Part shown: one piece after another, positions 16,633 through 26,610 of the stretch
How positions within the stretch are numbered: the first letter of the stretch is position 1
How the letters are laid out: the number at the start of each line of letters is the position of its first letter
Assembly: GCA_965242865.1 (NCBI GenBank)
Contig: CBDETK010000013.1
Coordinates: forward strand, 1,728,001-1,792,000
Source: Candidatus Latescibacterota bacterium
Lineage (GTDB): Bacteria; Latescibacterota; UBA2968; UBA8231
Length of the DNA stretch: 64,000 bases
Reading direction: 5' to 3'
Program-made: the position numbers and the translations under genes
Notes under the pieces: generated by a model
The model's database searches: none
What the model was told of the DNA's origin: nothing
Seen by the model: the letters and a program-made list of their open reading frames with translations, nothing else

Positions 16633-18939
16633 TCAGCGCAGCAGCAACATGCGCCGATGCACGGCCCATTCGCCCACATTGAGCCGATATATGTACACCC
16701 CGCTGGCCACTTCGCGGCCCAGGGCGTCGCGGCCGTCCCAACTGAGGCGGTGCTCGCCGGCCTGCTGGGTCTCGGGCCGGAGGACGCGCACGATTTGGCC
16801 CGCCAAGTTGTAGATGCTCAGGTGGGTCTCCTCGTCTGCGAGGCGGAACGGTATCAGGAAGGAGATCGCCGTGGACGCGTTGAAGGGATTGGGGGCGTTC
16901 TGGAGGAGCACCGGCCGGCTGCCTTGGGCATTCGGTTGGAGCTCGTAGGCCCGCTCTTCTACGACCACCAGCATGGCCTGACCCAACCGGGCAAAGTTGG
17001 CTAGCTCGGCCGGCTGATGGGCGCGGCCTTCGTATAGCTCCTTGGGCATGCTCGGCTGGTACGCGAGGTCAATCCACACTTCGTCCTGCAGCACGAAGTC
17101 GCGGCCCAACCAGTGGGTCGTCGGGCGGGCGTCGTGGATGTCGGTCGCTCCAAAAAAGTCGTCGGATTCTTCGAAAGCCAACTCACCCTCGCGCGGTTCG
17201 GGATTGACCTCGACGCCATCGTCCGGGGCAAACAGGGAGGTGCGCCGCGTCACCAGCCGATAGTCTAGGCCCAGCGTTAGGATGTCGTTGAGCAATTCCT
17301 GTTGCTCGCCAAAGCGGGCGATCTGCCCTTCGAGGGCCTGCACCTTCTGGTAGGCCCACAGCCGGGGAATCAAGGTGCCTGAGACATCGGTCTGGGTGAA
17401 CTCCAGCGGGAAGTCCAAGTTCACTGTCTCCTCCCCTACGTGGCCGGTCAAGTTCAACGAAGAGGTCCCGCCGCCTCGATAGCGGCCCACTTGGAACAGT
17501 TCGCGGCCGGCCGCTAGGGCCTCTACCCCACGCGGGTGGACGTCGTGGATTTCCACTTGGTCAAAGCTCAGTTCGTCGAGCAGCAAGACGGGAAAGACAA
17601 AGGATGCAAACAGCTCTTGGAGCGCGGCTTCAATATCGCCTTCTTCCGAAAGGAAAGACGCTTCGCCGCGGTGTTCCTCGGCCAAGCCGGCCAAAAATCC
17701 TTGGTCCACGTCCCGCCCCACGCCGATGGTGAAAAGGCGCGCTTGGCCGGCGGCCCACTCGCCGACCAACTCGCTCAAGGGCGTCAGCTCGACTTCGCCG
17801 AAGGTGGGCAGGCCGTCGGTGAGGAAGATGACGTGGTTGACCCGGCTGGCCGGGAAGGCTTGCTGCATGGCGCGGCCCAAGCCGGCTTCAAAATTGCTCA
17901 CCCCGAGCGCGTCTTGCTGGTTGATGAAGGCCGTGGCCGCCTTCTTATTGGCCGGGTCGGCGGGCACTGGGGCCGCGGCAAAGGAGTCGGCCCGGTGAGA
18001 GAAGACGACGATGTTGAACAAGTCCGCTGCGTCCAGCCCGTCAATGGCCACGGCGAGGGCGCCTTTGACGGCTTGGAGCTTGCCCCCCTGCATGCTCGAC
18101 GAGATGTCGATGACAAAGGTCAGGCTGCGCGGCAGGGGATCGCCTTGCGTCAACTCGGGTAGGGGCGGCAGCCACAGGGCGTAGTAGCCCAAGGTGTCGT
18201 TTTGTGGCGCAAAGCTGAGTACGGTCGGCTTGGGTTGGTCGTCGATCTGGCGGATGGTCAGGGTGAAGTCCTCGCGGGGCTTGATCTGCTCGTCGCCGAA
18301 GAAGATGCTGGCGTGGTGCGCGTCGGGCCGGTTTATGTCGGTGAGCCGCGGCAGCCCAGAGGTCGTCGCTTCAAAGGCGTGCTGGCTGCGTACTTGGGCC
18401 CGCAGCACGAACAGTTCCATTTGCAGGGGTTGGTCGGTTTCGGGGGCGAGCGGGAAGGTGTAGTTGAGGCGGCCGCTGCGGGCTTCGAGGAGCTGCATGT
18501 ATTCAAATTCGACGCGGCGGCTGCCGTTGGCCGGAAAGGGAAAGATGCTCAGGCGAAATTGGTTGGGGGCCAACTGCTCAATTAGGGCCGGGTCAATGCG
18601 TTGGGCCACGATGTCGTCGTAGGTCTGGCGCGCCAGTTCTTTTTCGAGGACGAGCCCCTGTATCCGCTTGTCGTCGATCCACAGCACCAGATCGGTGATG
18701 ATGGCCCCTTCGGGCAGGGTGAATTCGTAGATGCCTTCCACCTCCCATTCGGCGTGATTGGTGAAGATCTGGTCGGTGCGCGTACGGGAGATGCGCTCGT
18801 CGATCTGCACATCAACGGTGACCGAGGTCAGTTCGAGGTTTTGGCGGCCATCGTCGCCCACGCCGGTGTACACGTAGCCGATGCTGAGGGCGGGGAGGGG
18901 GGCCAGCAGAGCGAGGAGGAGGGTGAGTTGGGCTTTCAT
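16633..18939 (-). CDS. Secreted VIT + VWA domain protein with C-terminal FlgD-Ig (T9SS-like CTD)
   Basis: Signal peptide; VIT (EGIYEFTLPEGA..DPALIEQ); MIDAS DISSSM, FLTDGLPT; QNAPNPFNASTAISF..WDGRD..VASGVYIYRL. Confidence 0.92.
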   Translation of the reverse strand: MKAQLTLLLALLAPLPALSIGYVYTGVGDDGRQNLELTSVTVDVQIDERISRTRTDQIFTNHAEWEVEGIYEFTLPEGAIITDLVLWIDDKRIQGLVLEKELARQTYDDIVAQRIDPALIEQLAPNQFRLSIFPFPANGSRRVEFEYMQLLEARSGRLNYTFPLAPETDQPLQMELFVLRAQVRSQHAFEATTSGLPRLTDINRPDAHHASIFFGDEQIKPREDFTLTIRQIDDQPKPTVLSFAPQNDTLGYYALWLPPLPELTQGDPLPRSLTFVIDISSSMQGGKLQAVKGALAVAIDGLDAADLFNIVVFSHRADSFAAAPVPADPANKKAATAFINQQDALGVSNFEAGLGRAMQQAFPASRVNHVIFLTDGLPTFGEVELTPLSELVGEWAAGQARLFTIGVGRDVDQGFLAGLAEEHRGEASFLSEEGDIEAALQELFASFVFPVLLLDELSFDQVEIHDVHPRGVEALAAGRELFQVGRYRGGGTSSLNLTGHVGEETVNLDFPLEFTQTDVSGTLIPRLWAYQKVQALEGQIARFGEQQELLNDILTLGLDYRLVTRRTSLFAPDDGVEVNPEPREGELAFEESDDFFGATDIHDARPTTHWLGRDFVLQDEVWIDLAYQPSMPKELYEGRAHQPAELANFARLGQAMLVVVEERAYELQPNAQGSRPVLLQNAPNPFNASTAISFLIPFRLADEETHLSIYNLAGQIVRVLRPETQQAGEHRLSWDGRDALGREVASGVYIYRLNVGEWAVHRRMLLLR

Positions 18940-18977
18940 GGTGGGGCCTTTCGGTGAAGGGGGACGGATGGGGTGGG

Positions 18978-20648
18978 TTAGTGGTGGACGGTGACGCCTC
19001 GTGCTTTTAGGGCGGGGATATGTTCGGTAAGGGCTCGGTCGCTGAGGGGGTTGTTCATCAATTGCAGGTATCTCAGATGGATCAACTCGGCTAACGGACT
19101 GACATCCTCAATCCGGTTGGTACTCAATCTCAGGTCTCTCAGATAGGTCAGCTTGGCTAACGGACTGACATCCTCAATCCGGTTGTTAGACAAGAACAGG
19201 CGTTGTAGGGTTTTTAGTTGGCTTATCGGGGTTAGATCGACGATCCGGTTGCCGCTCAGGTCTAGGTCGTACAGGTTTAGTTGGCTTATCGGGGTTAGAT
19301 CGACGATCCGGTTGCCGCCCAGAGCTAGGAATTGCAGGGTTTTTAGTTGGCTTATCGGGGTTAGATCGACGATCCGGTTGCCGCTCAGGTCTAGGTCGTA
19401 CAGATTTTTTAGTTGGCTTATCGGGGTTAGATCGACGATCCGGTTGCCGCTCAGGTCTAAGACGTACAGGTTTAGTTGGCTTATCGGGGTTGGGTCGACG
19501 ATCCGGTTGCCGCTCAGGTCTAAGGCGTACAGATTTTTTAGTTGGCTTATCGGAGTTAGATCGACGATCCGGTTGCCGCCAAGATCTAGGTATCGCAGGC
19601 TGTTTAGTTGGCTTATCGGGGTCAGGTCAACAAGCTGGTTGCCGTTCAGAATTAGGCGTTCCAGGTGGTTTAGTTGGCTTATCGGGGTCAGGTCAACAAG
19701 CTGGTTGTCGCTAAGCGATAGCGATCTTAGGTCTTTTAGTTGGCTTATCGGGGTCAGGTCAACAAGCTGGTTGTCGCTTAACTCTAGCCATGTTAGGGCC
19801 GCAAAGTACTCGATACCCGCCAAACTACGTATTTTACTGTTGGCCTGAAGATGGGTCCGAGAAGCAAAGTCCTCTGGTGTAAGGCGTCCTTTCGGTCGGC
19901 CTAGTCGCTCCCGCACCACGCGCTCCAGATTCGGATCGTCGAACCAAGAGACGCGGAGAATCACGCCTTCTTGCAGCCCCAGATTCCCCGCAAATATCTG
20001 CATTTTCAAGGGATAAGTTGCTCCGAGCGCGGCATCCGCTGGCGGCTGGGCCTGTTGCAGGTGCGCCACCAGCGTCTCTACGTCCTCTAGGCGATCCACT
20101 TCAATCGCCAAGGTCCGGGCATTGAACCGCACCGCCACGCGCCCGGCTTGGCCGTGCCACCGCGCCTTCAGAAAGGCGGCCACCGCTTCCCAGCCGATCC
20201 GCCGGATTTCCGCCACCGGCTCCAGCAGCAATTCAATGCTCGCGTCGATTTGCCAGTCTATGGACACGAGCCCTGCTGGCAGGTCGTCCCCTTCTTCAGG
20301 CTGGATCGTCAAGCGGAGGGCGTCTGCTTCGGGCCGCGTCCAAACCAGCGTCTCCCGCATCGCTCCAACCGGATCGACGCAGCGAATCGCCACCAAGCTG
20401 TCGGGCCGCTCTTGGTATTCCACCTGTAGGCCAGCCTGCGCGTCCCCCGCGTCATCGGCCAAGTGCAGCCACAGGCCGTGCGGATACTGCGGCGATTCAA
20501 TCAGCACGTGGCCGTCGGCATTGCTTTGCGCCTGCGCCCAGCCGGTGCTATCGACGCCGGCGGCAAAGAATAACTCGGTCTGTGCTGCTGCCGGAATGCT
20601 GGCCGCTAGCATCAGGAGCATTCCAAATCGAAGGATAGACAGGTACAT
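18978..20648 (-). CDS. Secreted internalin-like leucine-rich repeat protein, paralog 1
   Basis: Signal peptide, conserved N-terminal domain, LRR cap FDDPNLERVVR, 21-22-aa repeats LDLSGNRIVDLTPISQL. Confidence 0.92.
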   Translation of the reverse strand: MYLSILRFGMLLMLAASIPAAAQTELFFAAGVDSTGWAQAQSNADGHVLIESPQYPHGLWLHLADDAGDAQAGLQVEYQERPDSLVAIRCVDPVGAMRETLVWTRPEADALRLTIQPEEGDDLPAGLVSIDWQIDASIELLLEPVAEIRRIGWEAVAAFLKARWHGQAGRVAVRFNARTLAIEVDRLEDVETLVAHLQQAQPPADAALGATYPLKMQIFAGNLGLQEGVILRVSWFDDPNLERVVRERLGRPKGRLTPEDFASRTHLQANSKIRSLAGIEYFAALTWLELSDNQLVDLTPISQLKDLRSLSLSDNQLVDLTPISQLNHLERLILNGNQLVDLTPISQLNSLRYLDLGGNRIVDLTPISQLKNLYALDLSGNRIVDPTPISQLNLYVLDLSGNRIVDLTPISQLKNLYDLDLSGNRIVDLTPISQLKTLQFLALGGNRIVDLTPISQLNLYDLDLSGNRIVDLTPISQLKTLQRLFLSNNRIEDVSPLAKLTYLRDLRLSTNRIEDVSPLAELIHLRYLQLMNNPLSDRALTEHIPALKARGVTVHH

Positions 20649-20826
20649 GAAAAGGGTCCCTACTCGGTTTCCTCGTCCGCGACGTTTAACGTGGAGACGC
20701 GCCTTCCCGATCCATTATGTATGACGCTCTGCGAGCGCGTTTGATCTCTTTGGATAATACGATAAATGCGTAGGGATACCAAAATCAGCGCGGCCTTTCG
20801 CAGAAGCGGGACGGATGGGGGTGGGG

Positions 20827-22797
20827 TTAGTAGGAGACATGAGCACCTCGTGCTTCCAAGGCGGGGATATGCTCAGTGAGGGACTGGTAGCTGAGAGGGT
20901 TGTTAGTCAAGTTCACTCCGCCTTCACTTAGGCGGGTGTTGGCCATTAGGGGACTTATGTCTTCGATCCGGTTGTCATTCAGGTAAAGCACTCGCAAGTT
21001 GGTCAAGGTGGAAAGTGGGGTGACATCGGCAATCTGATTGTGCGCCAGATTCAAATTAAGCAGGTTGGTCAAGTCGGCAAGTGGGGTGACATCGGTAATC
21101 TGGTTACGCCATAAACTCAGCACAGACAAGTTGGTCAAGTCGGCAAGTGGGGTGACATCAGTAATCTGGTTGTCCTCCAGATATAGTTGTTCAAGGTTGG
21201 TCAAGGTGGAAAGTGGGGTGACATCGGCAATCTGATTGTGCGCCAGATTCAAATTAAGCAGGTTGGTCAAGTCGGCAAGTGGGGTGACATCGGTAATCTG
21301 GTTACGCCATAAACTCAGCACAGACAAGTTGGTCAAGTCGGCAAGTGGGGTGACATCAGTAATCTGATTGTAACCCAGTTGCAGAACTCCAAGGTTGGTC
21401 AAGGTCGCCAGCGGGCTGACATCGGCAACCCGATTGTTGAAAAGGCTTAGCGATTTAAGGTTGGTCAAGGCAGCAAGTGGGGTGACATCGGTAATCTGGT
21501 TGGCACCCAGAAGCAGCGATTCAAGGTTGGTCAAGGCAGCCAGCGGGCTTGCATCGGTAATCTGGTTGCTCCCTAGACGCAGCGATTCAAGGTTGGTCAA
21601 GGCAGCAAGTGGGGTGACATCAGTAATCTGGTTGGCACCCAGAAGCAGCGATTCAAGGTTGGTCAAGGCAGCAAGTGGGGTGACATCAGTAATCTGGTTG
21701 CCATCTAGAAGCAGCGATTTAAGGTTGGTCAAGGCAGCAAGTGGGGTGACATCAGTAATCTGGTTGAGAGTCAGTCTCAGCCATTCAAGGTTGGTTAAGT
21801 CGGCGAGTGGGCTCACATCGGCAATCTGGTTGAGATACAGACTCAGTGATTTAAGGTTGGTCAAAGTAGCGAGCGGGCTGACGTCAGTAATATAGCGGGT
21901 GGTTATACTCAAATCGTCCAAGGCCACAAAATGCTCGAGACCCGTCAAACTATGAACGGTACTATCGGAGATAGTGAGGCGGGTCAGAGAAGCGGCTTCC
22001 GGCAAGGTAATAGGCCCCTCCCTTCGGTTCAAAGCCTCCAATACTGACTTCTCCAGATTCGGGTCTTCAAATACCAAAACGAAAGAAGTGGAGAGGATAA
22101 TCGCGTCTTCTGGTAAAGCAAAGTCGCTCTTAAATAACTGTGCCTTCAGGAGTATCTGTAATGTGGAAGCGTTGATTGCTCCCCGTGAGGTCCTTGCTTG
22201 GTCTTGGAGGTAATTGACCAGTATTTCTATAGCCTCCGAGTGGCCCAGATCAATCGCCAAGGTCCGGGCATTGAACTGCACCGCCACTCGTCCTGCTTGA
22301 CTCTGCCAGCGCGCCTGCAAAAACGCCGCCACCGCTTCCCAGCCGATCAGCCGGGTCTCTTCCACGGGATCGAGCAGCGATTCAACACTCGCGTCGATTT
22401 GCCAGTCTATGGACGCGAGCCCCGCCGGCAGGTCGTCCCCTTCTTTCGGCTGGAGCGTCAAGCGGAGGGCGTCTGCTTCGGGCCGCGTCCAAACCAGCGT
22501 CTCCCGCAGCGCGCCAACCGGATCGACGCAGCGAATCGCCACTAAGCTGTCGGGCCGCTCTTGGTATTCCACTTGAAGGCCGGCGAGCGCGTCCCCCGCG
22601 TCATCGGCCAAGTGCAGCCACAGGCCGCGCGGATACTGCGGCGACTCAATCAGCACGTGGCCATCGGCATTGCTCCGCGCCTGCGCCCAGCCGGTGCTAT
22701 CGACGCCGGCGGCAAAGAATAACTCGGGCTGCGCTGCCGCGGGAACGCCGGCCGCCAGTATCAGGAGCATTCCAAATCGAAGGATCGCCATCGACAT
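20827..22797 (-). CDS. Secreted internalin-like leucine-rich repeat protein, paralog 2
   Basis: Start moved to MSMAILRFG; cap FEDPNLEKSV; 22-aa repeats LTNLxxLxLxxNQITDVTPLA. Confidence 0.92.
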   Translation of the reverse strand: MSMAILRFGMLLILAAGVPAAAQPELFFAAGVDSTGWAQARSNADGHVLIESPQYPRGLWLHLADDAGDALAGLQVEYQERPDSLVAIRCVDPVGALRETLVWTRPEADALRLTLQPKEGDDLPAGLASIDWQIDASVESLLDPVEETRLIGWEAVAAFLQARWQSQAGRVAVQFNARTLAIDLGHSEAIEILVNYLQDQARTSRGAINASTLQILLKAQLFKSDFALPEDAIILSTSFVLVFEDPNLEKSVLEALNRREGPITLPEAASLTRLTISDSTVHSLTGLEHFVALDDLSITTRYITDVSPLATLTNLKSLSLYLNQIADVSPLADLTNLEWLRLTLNQITDVTPLAALTNLKSLLLDGNQITDVTPLAALTNLESLLLGANQITDVTPLAALTNLESLRLGSNQITDASPLAALTNLESLLLGANQITDVTPLAALTNLKSLSLFNNRVADVSPLATLTNLGVLQLGYNQITDVTPLADLTNLSVLSLWRNQITDVTPLADLTNLLNLNLAHNQIADVTPLSTLTNLEQLYLEDNQITDVTPLADLTNLSVLSLWRNQITDVTPLADLTNLLNLNLAHNQIADVTPLSTLTNLRVLYLNDNRIEDISPLMANTRLSEGGVNLTNNPLSYQSLTEHIPALEARGAHVSY

Positions 22798-22873
22798 GGG
22801 GAGATTCCTTTCAATGGACCCATCCGTCGCTGAGCAGCACGATGGGTTGGGGCCGTCCAAGCCCCAGCCTGCT

Positions 22874-24280
22874 TTAGGGCGTGTAGCGGTTCAGTTCCCG
22901 CTTCACCACCGGCGCTAGGAAGTACAGGCCCAACAGGTTGGGAATGGCGACCATGAAAATCAGGGCATCCGACAGTTCGATCAGGGTGCCGAGATTGATG
23001 CTGGACCCCACCACCACGAACAGGCAGTAGAACAGCTTGAAGCCCAAGTCCTTGGCGCGGCCCTCGCCGACGAGATAGGTGAACGCCTTGAGCCCATAGT
23101 AGGCCCAAGCGATCATCGTCGAGTACGCGAACAGCAGGGCCGCGACCGCTATCAGCACCGGCGACCACGAGATCGTTGAGGCGAACGCCCGGGTCGTCAA
23201 TTCAATGCCGCTCACCTCGCGGCCGACGAGGCCGGGTTCGTACACCGTGGTGATGATGACCAGTGCCGTCATGGTGCAGATCACCACCGTGTCGATAAAA
23301 GGCTCCAGCAGGGCGACGAACCCCTCGCTGACCGGCTTGGGCGTCTGCGCCGTAGAGTGCGCGATGGCCGCGCTGCCCAAGCCGGCTTCATTGGAGAACA
23401 CCGCCCGGCGAAAGCCGTGGATGAGCACGCCGAGGGCGCCGCCGGTCACGCCCTCGGGCGAGAACGCGCCGTTCCAGATGGCCAGTAGCGCGGCTGGCAC
23501 CCGGTCGGCATTGAGGCCGATGACGATCAGGGCGGCGACGACATAGAGCACCGCCATGGACGGCACTAACTTCGAGGTGGTGTTGGCGATGGACTTGATC
23601 CCCCCGACGATGACGACGCCGACCAGCCCCGCCAGCGCGACGCCGACCAGCCAAGCGTTGGCGGTCAAAAAGTCCATGTTTGCCATGTTGAGGAAGATGG
23701 CAGTCGCTTGGTTGGACTGGAACATGTTGCCGATGCCCATGCAGCCAATCGCGATGCTCGCCGCGGACGCGATCCCGAGCACTTTGCCGACCTTGGGCCA
23801 GCGTCGCTCGGCCAAACCGCGCTCCAAGTAGTACATCGGCCCGCCGGAGACCGACCCGTCGGGGTTGTCGCGGCGGTAGCGCACCCCGAGCGTACATTCG
23901 GCGAATTTGGTGGACATGCCGAGCAGCCCGGCCATGATCATCCAAAACGTGGCCCCGGGGCCGCCCAAGGAGATCGCCACCGCCACGTTGGCGATGTTGC
24001 CGATACCCACAGTCCCGGACACCGCTGTGGTGAGGGCCTGAAACTGGGAGATTTCCCCGGGATCGCCCGGTGTTTTGTAGCGGCCCGACAGGATGCGGAC
24101 GGCTTGAACAAAGCCGCGGATGTTGATGAAGCCCAAATAGACCGTGAAGAACAGCCCGCCCGCGACTAGCCAGCCGACGATGAGCGGCACCTCCGCGCCG
24201 AACAGCGGGACGCTGGCGAAGACGAGGGCCGACGCAAAGTCGGCGATGGGCTGAATAGCAGTGTCGATCTGTTGGTCCAT
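22874..24280 (-). CDS. Alanine/glycine:cation symporter (AGCS family)
   Basis: SQFQALTTAVSGTVGIGNI, GGPGATFWM, GGPMYY, FSNEAGLGSA, DTVVICT. Confidence 0.95.
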   Translation of the reverse strand: MDQQIDTAIQPIADFASALVFASVPLFGAEVPLIVGWLVAGGLFFTVYLGFINIRGFVQAVRILSGRYKTPGDPGEISQFQALTTAVSGTVGIGNIANVAVAISLGGPGATFWMIMAGLLGMSTKFAECTLGVRYRRDNPDGSVSGGPMYYLERGLAERRWPKVGKVLGIASAASIAIGCMGIGNMFQSNQATAIFLNMANMDFLTANAWLVGVALAGLVGVVIVGGIKSIANTTSKLVPSMAVLYVVAALIVIGLNADRVPAALLAIWNGAFSPEGVTGGALGVLIHGFRRAVFSNEAGLGSAAIAHSTAQTPKPVSEGFVALLEPFIDTVVICTMTALVIITTVYEPGLVGREVSGIELTTRAFASTISWSPVLIAVAALLFAYSTMIAWAYYGLKAFTYLVGEGRAKDLGFKLFYCLFVVVGSSINLGTLIELSDALIFMVAIPNLLGLYFLAPVVKRELNRYTP

Positions 24281-24301
24281 GTTAAATCGCACTCCCCACT
24301 C

Positions 24302-25564
24302 TCAGCGGAGCAACAACTGGTTTAGCGGCAGGGCAATAACGCGGGACGACAAAACCTTGGGGGCCGGGCACGGACAGGCAACCACGCCGAAGGACGCGGC
24401 CTCGTAAGTATCGAGAAAAGCATTTAATCCGACCAAATCCCGGCTCGATGGCCTGGGGGTGGCCTTCACTTCCACGGGCATAAGCCGCTGGCCGGTTTCA
24501 ACGACAAAATCCACTTCGCGACCGTCGGCCGTGCGCCAGTGCGTTATATGGAGCCTCGGCGCGTGTAGCCCCGCCCAGATCAGCAGGTGATTGCCCACCC
24601 AATTTTCTAGCCAAAAGCCCCATTCCCGTCCCCTCACCAAGCTATCCGAGTCCGGTATGCCGGCCAAATGAGCCGCCAGTCCGGTATCGGTCCACAGCAG
24701 TTTAGGTGCTTTGATCAAGCGTTTGCCGCGGTTGACGGCGTAGGCGGGTACTCGGGTCAATTGAAAAGAAAGTTCTAACAGATTGATATAGCGGCGGGCT
24801 GTGGCCGCGGCGAGGCCGGCGTCTGAGGCGAGGGACGCTATGTTGAGCAACCGGCCATTATGGACCGCGCACAACTGCATGAGCCGGCGGAATTCCATCA
24901 ATTGGTCAATGGCCGATAATTGGCGCAGGTCGCGCTCCAGATACGTCTGGACGTATCCGTCGAACCAGCGCACCCGAAACCCCGCGTCCTCGGCCAAGGC
25001 CGGCACGGGATAGCCCCCGGCCCATACCGCTTCTTGCAAGGGCCTGTCCGGGGTTGGAACGCTAGAGGGCAAGGCGCGCACGACTTGGTCCATGGTCTCT
25101 TGTGCAATGAGAAGGTCCAGCGTCTGGCCGTACCCACACTCCTCGATCTCGGCCCAAGTCAGCGGCGGCAGGGAAAAATAGACTGCCCGTCCGGCCAAGG
25201 TCTCGGCCACCCGCTCCATCAAGAGCAGATTGGCCGAACCCGTGAGCAAAAAGCGGCCGGTCTGACGCCGGCGATCTACGTCGGCCTTTATGGCCAGCAG
25301 CAGGTCGGGTTGGCGTTGGATTTCGTCGAGGGTGATGTGATCCCGGCCGATGAACAGGGCCGCTGGATCGCTCTGGGCCACATCGCGTACATCAAAGTCG
25401 TCGAGGGAGAGGAAGGTGCGCCCTTGGCATATAGGAGCCCCTTGAACCAAGGTGGTCTTGCCGGTCTGACGCGCCCCATGCACGACGACGACGGGGTATT
25501 GGGTCAGGACTTGGGCCAATATCGGACGTTGTAAGCGGGGCTTTATCTTCTGCAAATCGACCAT
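24302..25564 (-). CDS. AAA_14 ATPase with C-terminal DUF4143 domain
   Basis: GARQTGKTT, LDEIQR, LTGSAN, ETLAGR, PKLLWTDTG, EVDFVV..PVEVK. Confidence 0.92.
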   Translation of the reverse strand: MVDLQKIKPRLQRPILAQVLTQYPVVVVHGARQTGKTTLVQGAPICQGRTFLSLDDFDVRDVAQSDPAALFIGRDHITLDEIQRQPDLLLAIKADVDRRRQTGRFLLTGSANLLLMERVAETLAGRAVYFSLPPLTWAEIEECGYGQTLDLLIAQETMDQVVRALPSSVPTPDRPLQEAVWAGGYPVPALAEDAGFRVRWFDGYVQTYLERDLRQLSAIDQLMEFRRLMQLCAVHNGRLLNIASLASDAGLAAATARRYINLLELSFQLTRVPAYAVNRGKRLIKAPKLLWTDTGLAAHLAGIPDSDSLVRGREWGFWLENWVGNHLLIWAGLHAPRLHITHWRTADGREVDFVVETGQRLMPVEVKATPRPSSRDLVGLNAFLDTYEAASFGVVACPCPAPKVLSSRVIALPLNQLLLR

Positions 25565-25701
25565 GCCTTGAACGATAATTGACCACGATAGAATCGTCAA
25601 TCTACGAAGGAACCGGAGGAGGGACTAGGCGACGAGGGCAAGGACGAAAAGCTCCGGGGGGATGGGGTAAACGGCGCGCCGAGCACGGCGACCGAATGCT
25701 G

Positions 25702-26607
25702 CTAATCGGATTGCCGCTGCCGCAAGCCTTCTTGGAGAAAGACTTCGCGGTTGGGAAAGTTGCCGGGCAGGGTAAAGCCGCCGTCAACGGCGATGAGCTG
25801 GCCGGTCATGTAGGGAATTTGGGTGAAAGCGTAGGCGGCGCAGGCAATGTCTTCGGGGCGTCCGATGCGGCGAATGGGTTGGGAACCCCCGGCCGCCATC
25901 AAACCGTAAATCTCGGCCACGGTGAATTCGCGGCCCGATTGCGGGTCTTCCACGCCCGAAGGGCGGCTCGTCATCGGCGTATCGACGACGCCGGGGCGCA
26001 GGGCGTTGACCGTGATGTTATGAGGCCCGCCGTCGAAGGCCGCCCCCGCGACCACGTGATTGAGGCCGGCTTTGCTGACCCCGTAGGGAATGCGGGTGCT
26101 CTCGGGGGCAACGTCCGAGATGGAGGTGATCAAGAGGATGCTGCGGTGAAGGGGATCGGCTTCTTGCGCGGCTTGGGTCGCCATGCGCTTGAGGGCGCGT
26201 TGAGTCAGCCGGTAGGCCCCCATGAGGTTGAGGCGGAGGACGCGGTCCATCTCCTTGTCGAGGTGCTCGACCGGGGTTTCGCTGAAGCGATAGCGCGCAA
26301 GCTGGCCCTGTTCGTCGGCCACGTAGTTGGCCACGCCGCTGTTGCTGACCGCTACGTCGAGGCGGCCAAAGTGCGCGAAGGCGCGGTCGACCAAGTCGAA
26401 CGGGGCGGCTGGCTGGGCGAGATCGCCTCCGAGGACTAGGGCCTCAACAGCATGCTCGGCGCGAATGGCCGTGGCGACCTGGGCGGCGCGCTCCGCGCCG
26501 GCGTTGTAGTGGACCACCACATCGTAGCCGCGAGCCGCGAATTGGCGGACGATGGCCGCGCCAATCCCGCTCGAAGAGCCCGTGACCAAGCACGCCGGGC
26601 GCGACAA
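25702..26607 (-). CDS. Short-chain dehydrogenase/reductase
   Basis: VTGSSSGIG, YGVSK (YxxxK), VNALRPG, VDGG. Confidence 0.92.
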   Translation of the reverse strand: MSRPACLVTGSSSGIGAAIVRQFAARGYDVVVHYNAGAERAAQVATAIRAEHAVEALVLGGDLAQPAAPFDLVDRAFAHFGRLDVAVSNSGVANYVADEQGQLARYRFSETPVEHLDKEMDRVLRLNLMGAYRLTQRALKRMATQAAQEADPLHRSILLITSISDVAPESTRIPYGVSKAGLNHVVAGAAFDGGPHNITVNALRPGVVDTPMTSRPSGVEDPQSGREFTVAEIYGLMAAGGSQPIRRIGRPEDIACAAYAFTQIPYMTGQLIAVDGGFTLPGNFPNREVFLQEGLRQRQSD

Positions 26608-26610
26608 AGC

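Noticed and set aside
18978-22797. Diversity-generating retroelement acting on LRR or ankyrin repeats
   Set aside because: No reverse transcriptase in the window and no non-coding template repeat; differences are not obviously adenine-restricted.
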